From a virus (lineage: Duplodnaviria; Heunggongvirae; Uroviricota; Caudoviricetes), in IMG/VR virus record IMGVR_UViG_3300035501_000580: a stretch of 34,428 bases of DNA. One strand, given 5' to 3'. A program made the position numbers and the translations under genes. Position 1 is the stretch's first letter, and every line of letters starts with the position of its first letter. Positions 26,166-34,174 of the stretch are shown here, in pieces. The notes beneath the pieces were generated by a model. The model searched no databases, was not told the DNA's origin, and saw only the letters and a list, made by a program, of their open reading frames with translations.

Positions 26166-26573
26166 TTAATCTTGTTTCGTTTCTTTTAACTTTTTCTTTA
26201 TTGAATTGAGTTGTTTCTTAAAGTCTTCAAATGGGATAGCTTTCCACTTTTTGAGAACCTTCTTGGAACCATCCCAGATAAAGTCTGTATAATTTTTGGT
26301 CAATTCAATAACGATGTAATTATACTTGGTTCTGTAATAATCATAACCTGAACGATTACCTTTATTATCTTCTATAACAAATCCATCATAGTCTACAGTA
26401 TGAATAAAAGTTTCGCTGTGCCAACTTTGATCCATTGCTTCACATAAAGATGAGAAAAAGTATTTATAATCATAAGAATCTGGATTCAGTTTAGTAAGTA
26501 CCTTTTCTACCTTTTCAAAATTACTATAATTAAATTCAAAGTAGAATTTAATTTTTTCGTCTGTTGTTTTCAT
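26166..26573 (-). CDS. hypothetical protein, 135 aa
   Basis: ORF track. Confidence 0.7.
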   Translation of the reverse strand: MKTTDEKIKFYFEFNYSNFEKVEKVLTKLNPDSYDYKYFFSSLCEAMDQSWHSETFIHTVDYDGFVIEDNKGNRSGYDYYRTKYNYIVIELTKNYTDFIWDGSKKVLKKWKAIPFEDFKKQLNSIKKKLKETKQD

Positions 26574-26614
26574 ATTACAATTTGATTAATGTTAGAAGTT
26601 GTTTAATGACAAGA

Positions 26615-28585
26615 TTACTTTAGAATAATCTTGTCATTTTTGATATATGCTTTGAGTGTCTTTTTATTAGATTTGAGTATTTTATTATCCTCAATAATCA
26701 TAGTAGACAACTCTTCTTCTATGTTTTGTTGAAGGTGACGAATAATAGGTCTTGCACCATTTTCTTCTGTTTCAACCTTATCCAAAATCCATGTTTCAAC
26801 TTCCTCAGTGAGTTCAACAGATTTACCACAAATGGTCTTGATATTCTCATTCATGTCTTTAATCTCTTTGTGGAGGATAGATTTGAGTGTATCCCTGTCA
26901 AGATTATTAAAGTAACAAATATTATCCAGACGATTGAGGAATTCAGGTGAGAAACGCTTATTCAGAGCCTTTCTAATGATGTCCTCACGATGTTTGTTCT
27001 TCACACTATCCATATCATTTGAATATCCAATAGGTGATGAGAATTGTTTTGCTGAGCGAACACCTACATTTGAAGTGAAGATGATAAGACTTTTGGTTGC
27101 ATCCACTTTGTTACCATCACTACCTGTAATAAATCCTTCATCGAGTAGTTGGAGTAATACATCATAAATCTTGGGGTGTGCTTTCTCAATTTCATCAAAC
27201 AAAACAACACTTTCAGGATACTTGGCCAATCGTTTAACCAATAGACCTGATTCTTTATAACCAACATAACCCGGAGCTGAACCAAGAAGTTTACTTACAT
27301 CAATCTCACTTTGGTATTCAGACATATCAAAACGGAGTAGATTATCCTCACTACCATATAGATAACGTGCGATTTGTTTAGCCAAGTGAGTTTTACCTAC
27401 ACCTGTTGAACCTATAAAAATAAAGTTACCCATAGAGTGAGCTGATTTTCTAAGACCAAGTTTATTACGTGTGATATTCTTACAAATCTTATCAATCACT
27501 TCATCTTGACCAATAACACTTTTCTTAATTTCAACAGGCATATTTTGGAGGAATGACACTTTGTTTTTATCCAGTCGTGACATTTTAACTCCTACAATAT
27601 CACCAATAGCTTCAAGAATGTCGATTTCAATCACCTCAGTTGGTTGTTGTTTCTCCTTCAATTTTAGAAGTCGTTTGGTGAGGTTTTCAATTTTGTCATT
27701 CAATTCTTTACATTCCTCATAAGTACCTTTACTGGTCAATTTCTCACCAATTTCATTTCGTAGGTCAAGTAGTTCCTTACTTATTTTAATCAATTTAGGA
27801 TCCACTCCACGTTTCAATGACAATTTTGAACAAACTTCATCCAACAACCACTCAGCTTTTTCAGGGAAAGGTCTGTCTTTTACATATTTCTCTGCATTGT
27901 CACAAATCAAATTAGAGATGTTGTCAGGAAGTCTAAGATTGAAATTTTCCTCATAGTTATCATAAATGGTATCAATGATGTCAACCGTTTGTTCCTTGGT
28001 CAACTCAGTAACTTTGATAACAGTGAAGTAATCAAGAATATAAGGAAACTCATCACGAATATCATTATACTCATCAGTAGTCGCAGTGGCAATTACTCTC
28101 ATGTCAAGGTCTCTAATTGCATTTACGACACGATTGACGAAAGTAAAACCACCTGTTCCATACACATTTCTATCAAGAATGTGTCCTAATCCACTTAAAT
28201 GAATGATGATGTTGTTATCCTCAGCACAAGCGACAGAAACAATAGTGTCAATCATTGTAGAAAACTCACCCGGTGAATTTACAATGTCACAAATTCTGTC
28301 ATAATCAATGGTAGCGACTGTATCTTGTTTGTATTCTTTAACCATTTTAGAAATATACCCCTCAATGATAGAAGTCTTACCACATCCTTTATCACCCACC
28401 AAAAGAACTGAACGATTTGAGGATTTATTTAAGATACTGTCAAGACGAGCAATCTCATCATCTCTATGTAAAATATTATCTCTCTCAGCATAGGTAGTTG
28501 TAACACTAAAAAATGTATTGAACGCTTCTTTTGTGATGTCCACTTCTTCATTTTCAGTGTTTACATCTTCATAAATTTTACCCAT
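26615..28585 (-). CDS. clpC: ClpA/ClpC-type AAA+ unfoldase lacking the N-domain, with degenerate NBD1
   Basis: NBD1 GDKGCGKT; short coiled-coil M-domain; NBD2 GSTGVGKT, GYVG, LFDEIEKAH, IGY loop, GARP. Confidence 0.85.
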   Translation of the reverse strand: MGKIYEDVNTENEEVDITKEAFNTFFSVTTTYAERDNILHRDDEIARLDSILNKSSNRSVLLVGDKGCGKTSIIEGYISKMVKEYKQDTVATIDYDRICDIVNSPGEFSTMIDTIVSVACAEDNNIIIHLSGLGHILDRNVYGTGGFTFVNRVVNAIRDLDMRVIATATTDEYNDIRDEFPYILDYFTVIKVTELTKEQTVDIIDTIYDNYEENFNLRLPDNISNLICDNAEKYVKDRPFPEKAEWLLDEVCSKLSLKRGVDPKLIKISKELLDLRNEIGEKLTSKGTYEECKELNDKIENLTKRLLKLKEKQQPTEVIEIDILEAIGDIVGVKMSRLDKNKVSFLQNMPVEIKKSVIGQDEVIDKICKNITRNKLGLRKSAHSMGNFIFIGSTGVGKTHLAKQIARYLYGSEDNLLRFDMSEYQSEIDVSKLLGSAPGYVGYKESGLLVKRLAKYPESVVLFDEIEKAHPKIYDVLLQLLDEGFITGSDGNKVDATKSLIIFTSNVGVRSAKQFSSPIGYSNDMDSVKNKHREDIIRKALNKRFSPEFLNRLDNICYFNNLDRDTLKSILHKEIKDMNENIKTICGKSVELTEEVETWILDKVETEENGARPIIRHLQQNIEEELSTMIIEDNKILKSNKKTLKAYIKNDKIILK

Positions 28586-28626
28586 TTAATTCGGTTTTTA
28601 TATTATTAAAAATTAAATTTACATAT

Positions 28627-28639
28627 TAAACATAACAAA
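28627..28639 (-). promoter_or_regulatory. middle-class motif TTTGTTATGTTTA (clpC)
   Basis: Recurrent 13-mer. Confidence 0.7.
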
Positions 28640-28671
28640 TATGATACAGTAGTTATGTTAATCTATTAAAA

Positions 28672-28694
28672 AAGGTTGGATTTTAACCAACCTT
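28672..28694 (-). terminator. intrinsic terminator (AAGGTTG family)
   Basis: AAGGTTGG / CCAACCTT followed by U-tract on minus strand. Confidence 0.7.
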
Positions 28695-28697
28695 AAT

Positions 28698-29672
28698 TTA
28701 CTCATTATCTTTTTGTAATAGTCCTTGTAGTTCATAAATGTGTGCTAACAAAACAACTACAGGATCAATACAGTTTTTCAAATTACTCTGATACTTGGCA
28801 TTTGTGATAGCGATTGTAGGTAACATTTTAACCATTGGTGACTTAGATTTTAACAGATAAGTCATAAATGGATTACCAAGTGATTGTATGACTTCAGGAA
28901 CAGAATTTGAGTAGTTCTTCATCACAAACTCATAATTCTTAACCGGGTCATTATCATTAAGTATCATTTCATAAAGTTCCTCATATTCACACTCGATACT
29001 CTTAATGTCATTCTCTGTGAGGTTTGTCTTTCCTTCGAGTTTGAACCTTTGTAGATGATTCACCATTGAACGACAGTCAGGAAAATAAGTCTGAACCATT
29101 TTAACACCAGCATGTGAATCAATGGTCATTCCTTCCTTCTTACATATCTCAACAATACGTTTATACTGTCCCATTCTAATCTCACCCACTTCCTCACTTG
29201 TGAAATTGAAATCAATCATCTGGAAACGTGATTGAATAGGTTCAGGTATCTTCTGAATGAAATTACAAGTTCCTATAAATCTGGTATTGGTGGCACACTT
29301 TTCCATTGTCGCACGAAGAGCTGCAAAGGCTTGTGATGATAATCCGTCTAACTCATCCATAATGACTACCTTAATTGGATTGTCATAGTGGAGAATTGAT
29401 TGGTTCATCGCAAAGTCCATAATGGTATCTCGAATCGTATCAACACCATTAGTGTCAGAACAGTTCAAATACAATACATTATGACCAAATTCCTTACAGA
29501 GTGCCTTGGCGGCGGATGTTTTACCAATACCTGCGGTACCATAAAACAACATTGACTGGACTACACCATTTTCAAAGATAGTCCTAATTCGTTTTGGAAT
29601 GATTAGTTCCTTGAGGTTCTGAGGTCTATATTTCTCAGTCCACAAAATATTATCCAGATTATTTATTGACAT
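28698..29672 (-). CDS. sliding-clamp loader small subunit (gp44/RFC-like)
   Basis: WTEKYRP, GTAGIGKT, IMDELD, QSRF. Confidence 0.92.
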   Translation of the reverse strand: MSINNLDNILWTEKYRPQNLKELIIPKRIRTIFENGVVQSMLFYGTAGIGKTSAAKALCKEFGHNVLYLNCSDTNGVDTIRDTIMDFAMNQSILHYDNPIKVVIMDELDGLSSQAFAALRATMEKCATNTRFIGTCNFIQKIPEPIQSRFQMIDFNFTSEEVGEIRMGQYKRIVEICKKEGMTIDSHAGVKMVQTYFPDCRSMVNHLQRFKLEGKTNLTENDIKSIECEYEELYEMILNDNDPVKNYEFVMKNYSNSVPEVIQSLGNPFMTYLLKSKSPMVKMLPTIAITNAKYQSNLKNCIDPVVVLLAHIYELQGLLQKDNE

Positions 29673-29708
29673 ATGTTTATGTAATTAAATTTCAAAATAT
29701 TTTCACTA

Positions 29709-29721
29709 TAAAGATAACAAA
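29709..29721 (-). promoter_or_regulatory. middle-class motif TTTGTTATCTTTA (clamp loader)
   Basis: Recurrent 13-mer. Confidence 0.7.
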
Positions 29722-29738
29722 AGCTCCGTAAATATACT

Positions 29739-30641
29739 ATGAAATCATTATTAGAATACGGTTTTCCAACATCATTTTCACCCAAAAGTAAATCTGATGT
29801 TTTGAAATTTTATCAATGTTACAATAAGTTAGATAGAACTGGTCATCTAAAAAGAGAAAACGGTTTCAAAAAATTATTTCCTGAATTATATCAAGATTTT
29901 CAAAATTTTAACTTTTTCGGTGATGTATCCGGACTAAAATTCTATGAAAAACTATATCATTTTTTAATGGATGACTCTTCACTTAAATTAGGTCATTGTA
30001 ACATTTGTGGTTGTAAATGTAAGTTTCATCTACATGGTGAATTTGGATATAGAAATTGTTGTAGTAACTGTAATAATAAATCACAGGAGAAGATAAATCA
30101 ACAACTTAAAACTTGGTCACTAAAAACATCTGATGAAATGACAGACATGGTGGAAAAAATGAAATCAACCAAATTAGAAAGATATGGTTTTTCTGGTTAC
30201 AACAACATAAAACAGATACAAAAAACCAAACATAAGAATGATACTTATGGTAAATCACTAATCGAGAAGAAATTGATACAATACTTTATTGATAATAACT
30301 ATAAATTTAAATATCAGTATAACAGACCAGAGTATCCTTTTAATTGTGATTTTTACCTTCCAGATTTTGACCTAAGAATTGAGATACAAGGCTATTTTAC
30401 ACATGGTTTCCATCCATTCGATAAAGATAATCAAGAAGATATTAATTTAGTAGAGAAGTGGAAAAAATTATCATTAACCAAACCTCAATATGGAGTGGCC
30501 GTTAAAACATGGACAGTCATTGATCCATTAAAAAGAGAAATAGTCAAAGAAAATAATCTTAACTTTTTAGAAATATTCAGTTCAGATTTAGATGTTTGTA
30601 TTGAAAAAATCTTAGAAAAAATAAAAAGTGGCCAACATTAA
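29739..30641 (+). mobile_element. free-standing putative homing endonuclease, paralog of 20387..21529
   Basis: KLYHFL..CNICGCKC; CDFYLPDFDLRIEIQGYFTHG; NFLEIFSSDL; opposite strand to both neighbours. Confidence 0.7.
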
Positions 30642-30650
30642 GACCACTTT
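30625..30650. terminator. probable bidirectional terminator
   Basis: AAAGTGG / CCACTTT between convergent endonuclease and dut. Confidence 0.55.
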
Positions 30651-30655
30651 ATTTT

Positions 30656-31096
30656 TTATCGAACTCCAGTGTGACCAAAACCACCATCACCTCGTTCGGT
30701 TTCATCAAGTTTTTCAACAGGTATCCACTCAACGGTTTCATGTTTAGACACTACCATCTGAGCAATTCTATCACCATCATTAATAGTAACAGTTTCGTTG
30801 GATAAGTTGATTAGACACACCATAATTTCACCAGTATAATCACTATCAATCGTTCCGGGTGAATTAACCACTGTGATACCCTGTTTACAAGCAAGTCCAC
30901 TACGAGGTCTAATCTGAGCTTCATATCCTTCAGGTAGTTGAATGAATAGTCCGGTTTTAATCAGACAACGTTCAAGGGGTTTTATTTCTTTTGGTTCACT
31001 CTCATTAGAACGAATATCCATACCAGCAGAGTAAGGAGTTTTATATTCAGGGAGTGACCATTTTGATTTATTAATTATTTTTACTTCGGTTATCAT
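30656..31096 (-). CDS. dut: dUTP pyrophosphatase (trimeric)
   Basis: [34 protein letters not shown]. Confidence 0.97.
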   Translation of the reverse strand: MITEVKIINKSKWSLPEYKTPYSAGMDIRSNESEPKEIKPLERCLIKTGLFIQLPEGYEAQIRPRSGLACKQGITVVNSPGTIDSDYTGEIMVCLINLSNETVTINDGDRIAQMVVSKHETVEWIPVEKLDETERGDGGFGHTGVR

Positions 31097-31863
31097 TTAT
31101 TATCTATGAGTTTAGTTTTAATTTCATCTGCGATAGCTTTACCCATTTTGTCCATAGTCTTGTTGAATCGTGAACTATAAGGTATAATTCGAGGATTTTT
31201 AATTACCACACTACCATCATCATTATATGTTTTTTCATCCCATTTAACGATACAAATATTAGCACTAAATGTATCAAAGAAAAGGTAATTGTATTTATAA
31301 CCCTTCTCATCATACTTCTTAAAGATAGCATTTGCATTTTTTGCGGGAACTTCTATCTGGTTTGTAGTAAAATTCCAATATTTTGTGTGTAGTGATTTCA
31401 TTTCCAAAGGCATATCTCCATTGACATAAAAGTCACATTCAAGTGTAGCCTTGTGAAAACCTACTTTATCATCATCTGAATTTTTACTAATACGAAAAGT
31501 TGTCGCATACTTCATGATACTTTGTTCAAGAATTTCAGTAAAGACAGCATCACCCAAAATATCCTGAGCACAGTCAAATGGGGTTCGACCTCTCAATCTA
31601 CCAGCGGTCATTTCCTTATGTAATATTGTCCAAGATTCAGGATATTGTTCTTGTAATTCTTGGTCACTTTTTACAGTTAGAATGTCATACACATATGGTT
31701 CAAATCGATCAGGATTATCTTTAATAAACTGAAAAACATCTTGTGTCTTCATTCCATGCCAATTTAGAGTTTTCAATCTTGATGGCCAAATTCTAAGAGG
31801 TGTTTTCTCGTTATCCCAAACTGTAAATTTACTTTGTCCGATTGTATCACTAACGGTTTCCAT
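31093..31863 (-). CDS. hypothetical protein, possible PD-(D/E)XK nuclease
   Basis: [15 protein letters not shown] fits a D-x(8)-E-x-K catalytic spacing. Confidence 0.5.
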   Translation of the reverse strand: METVSDTIGQSKFTVWDNEKTPLRIWPSRLKTLNWHGMKTQDVFQFIKDNPDRFEPYVYDILTVKSDQELQEQYPESWTILHKEMTAGRLRGRTPFDCAQDILGDAVFTEILEQSIMKYATTFRISKNSDDDKVGFHKATLECDFYVNGDMPLEMKSLHTKYWNFTTNQIEVPAKNANAIFKKYDEKGYKYNYLFFDTFSANICIVKWDEKTYNDDGSVVIKNPRIIPYSSRFNKTMDKMGKAIADEIKTKLIDNK

Positions 31864-31880
31864 TTTGATTATTATATAAA

Positions 31881-33074
31881 TTAAACTTTTATCATTTCTT
31901 TATAAAATGCTGACATTACATCTACTACGATAGAATTACCAGCAAGTTTACATAATTTTGTGTTATCCAATCCCATGTCAACTAATTTTTGTACATCATC
32001 AAATTCAACACCAATCAGACGCATTTCCTCAACACCAGTAGTTTCTCTTACTTTATATTGACCATTTTCTTTGACCAAAATTAAGGGAGCATATACTAAT
32101 GTAAATGTAGGTGCCACTCCTTTTGGTGAATAGATACGTGTTGACTGTGGATTTGGGAATGTTGCTCTGTCTGTTCGGATATTACCTATTTGAAGTATCT
32201 TATTATACATATCAACTTCAACTTCATCAGGTTTTTCACCAAATATGTTTTCTTCAAATTCCTCATCAAAGTCCTTAACTGTTTGACATACGAAATCTGT
32301 TTGTTTTCCTTTTTTTACAACCTCAGCATATTTACCTGAATCAGTAACTTCCCTTTCTACAAATTCCTCATCATTTGTTTCACCAGCGAATTTTAAGATA
32401 TTTGGATTACTTTTTACATATTCATCAGTACATACCTGACTAACATAACATTTAGGAGGTATCTCACTTGGTTTCTGTAAAAAGTCATTCATACACTTGG
32501 TTTGTTTAATAGGTCTTGGCCATTCAAATTCACCATCAGGATTAAGTACAGACACAACGAACACCCTTTCTCGTGCTTGTGGAATACCAAAGTCGGCTCC
32601 ATTTAACACTTTCCAATAAGAAGTGTATCCAAGTGAATCAAGAAATTCCAACCACTTCTTAAATGTGGGGAAGAATTTATTACCAACCAAATTCTTAACA
32701 TTTTCCAACATCAAATATTTAGGTCGTTTGATTTCGATGGCTTTCTTACATTCCCACAAAAGAGATGATTTTGTACCAGAACCTTCCTCACCACCCAGTT
32801 TTTTACCAGCGATTGAAAAACTCTGACATGGTGAACTATAAGTAAAGAAATCAAAATCAGGTACATTTTCCCAATCTATTTTACAAATGTCACCATAATT
32901 TTTATCTTTGTATTCAGGAAACAATACATTATGTGCATCAATAGCTCGTTTCTCAATTTCACTCCACCCAATTAATTCAAAGGGAATGTGTGCCTTTTTG
33001 AGAGCAAGACATTGACTATCATATCCTGAGAAAGTTGTAAAAACTTTTAGAGGTTTCTCTTTATTATACTTCAT
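31881..33074 (-). CDS. dcm: DNA (cytosine-5) methyltransferase
   Basis: FSG (I), SPCQ (IV), ENV (VI), QARERVF (VIII), GNSIVV (X). Confidence 0.94.
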   Translation of the reverse strand: MKYNKEKPLKVFTTFSGYDSQCLALKKAHIPFELIGWSEIEKRAIDAHNVLFPEYKDKNYGDICKIDWENVPDFDFFTYSSPCQSFSIAGKKLGGEEGSGTKSSLLWECKKAIEIKRPKYLMLENVKNLVGNKFFPTFKKWLEFLDSLGYTSYWKVLNGADFGIPQARERVFVVSVLNPDGEFEWPRPIKQTKCMNDFLQKPSEIPPKCYVSQVCTDEYVKSNPNILKFAGETNDEEFVEREVTDSGKYAEVVKKGKQTDFVCQTVKDFDEEFEENIFGEKPDEVEVDMYNKILQIGNIRTDRATFPNPQSTRIYSPKGVAPTFTLVYAPLILVKENGQYKVRETTGVEEMRLIGVEFDDVQKLVDMGLDNTKLCKLAGNSIVVDVMSAFYKEMIKV

Positions 33075-33092
33075 CTAAATTTCTGTTTAACT

Positions 33093-33105
33093 TAAAAATA
33101 ACAAA
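33093..33105 (-). promoter_or_regulatory. middle-class motif TTTGTTATTTTTA (dcm operon)
   Basis: Recurrent 13-mer. Confidence 0.7.
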
Positions 33106-33129
33106 AGGTGGCCAGTTACTCCACCTTTT
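33103..33129 (-). terminator. intrinsic terminator overlapping the ASCH stop and a middle motif
   Basis: AAAAGGTGG / CCACCTTTT. Confidence 0.65.
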
Positions 33130-33376
33130 CGCCAAATTTAATAATATAAACTAATTTGTCGTAATTTTTAAGATGTTGTTTATTTATCCATTCAAATTTA
33201 TATCGAACAGGTTTCACATCCTTCTTAAACCTATGGTAAAATTCTACAATATCATATACTTTATCCTCCAATCTACTTGTCCAATAGGGTTTTACTTCCC
33301 TATAATCACAATTTATTTGACCGGATACAATTAGATTATACCATCCTTCATTAACTGGTAATCTTAATGTCTTCAT
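33116..33376 (-). CDS. ASCH/PUA-like domain protein
   Basis: LRLPVNEGWYNLIVSG...YREVKPYWTSRL..YDIVEF. Confidence 0.72.
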   Translation of the reverse strand: MKTLRLPVNEGWYNLIVSGQINCDYREVKPYWTSRLEDKVYDIVEFYHRFKKDVKPVRYKFEWINKQHLKNYDKLVYIIKFGEKVE

Positions 33377-34095
33377 AGAGAAAATTCATTTAAGAATAAT
33401 TCATGAACCTGATTGTGTTTGTCAAAATATGAACTAAATGATGACTTCTTTAACACTTCAGTAGAATGGTTGTACAAATCCCAAGCATGTAAACCTTCTG
33501 GATGTAAAGTGAGGTTGTCAAATAATTTACTATTGGTTATCTCATTCTTGAAACGATTAATCTCATTTCCATTCATGATACCACCTACACAAATCTTACC
33601 AACAATTTTATATATGTCATTAGTGTCACAATAAATCTCTTTTAAGTTCTCTTTGATTTTGAGATTTTCATCATGTTGTATTTGGTATCTCTCCAAACCA
33701 ATCTTGATGATTTCTTCAACATCTTTGTCGGCATTACCCCTATGGATACGTTTCTCAGCAATATCACCATGAACCATTCCATTAGAACATAACCAAACAA
33801 CAGAACCAACACCCATACCGAATGACATAGAACCATCATATGAGTTTCTAAATCCTATACGGTATCCTAACTCACTATCTTGACTTTCAATATCATACAA
33901 ACCAATGAAACGTTTTCCATTAGTGGACATCGTTAAATCTGATTGTTTTACTGAAAGACCATATTCATTCATTTTATCATGAAGAATATCAAAAATTAAC
34001 TCATTTGGAACAGGTGTATAACTTATTGTCCGTCTGGGTAGAGGAACTGACCGAAGTATTTCCTCAGAAGTTGAAGTTTTTAATCTTGTAGACAT
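33373..34095 (-). CDS. DUF932-like protein
   Basis: YTPVPN, RNSYDGS, WLCSNGM, HRG, AWDLYN. Confidence 0.72.
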   Translation of the reverse strand: MSTRLKTSTSEEILRSVPLPRRTISYTPVPNELIFDILHDKMNEYGLSVKQSDLTMSTNGKRFIGLYDIESQDSELGYRIGFRNSYDGSMSFGMGVGSVVWLCSNGMVHGDIAEKRIHRGNADKDVEEIIKIGLERYQIQHDENLKIKENLKEIYCDTNDIYKIVGKICVGGIMNGNEINRFKNEITNSKLFDNLTLHPEGLHAWDLYNHSTEVLKKSSFSSYFDKHNQVHELFLNEFSL

Positions 34096-34114
34096 ATCTA
34101 TATGTTTTTTATTA

Positions 34115-34127
34115 TAAACATAACAAA
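34115..34127 (-). promoter_or_regulatory. middle-class motif TTTGTTATGTTTA (DUF932)
   Basis: Recurrent 13-mer. Confidence 0.7.
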
Positions 34128-34135
34128 GGACTCAT

Positions 34136-34143
34136 CATAAATA
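34136..34143 (+). promoter_or_regulatory. late promoter CATAAATA
   Basis: 31 nt before 34175. Confidence 0.7.
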
Positions 34144-34174
34144 TAATATAATAGATTAAATTTTGTTAATTTCA

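Noticed and set aside
26615-28585. Calling the ATPase ClpB
   Set aside because: Short middle domain and an IGF-like (IGY) loop indicate a ClpP-partner type
24120-33839. Remaining short ORF-track entries nested in sbcC, clpC, dcm and DUF932
   Set aside because: Nested or antisense to well-supported genes, with no independent signals
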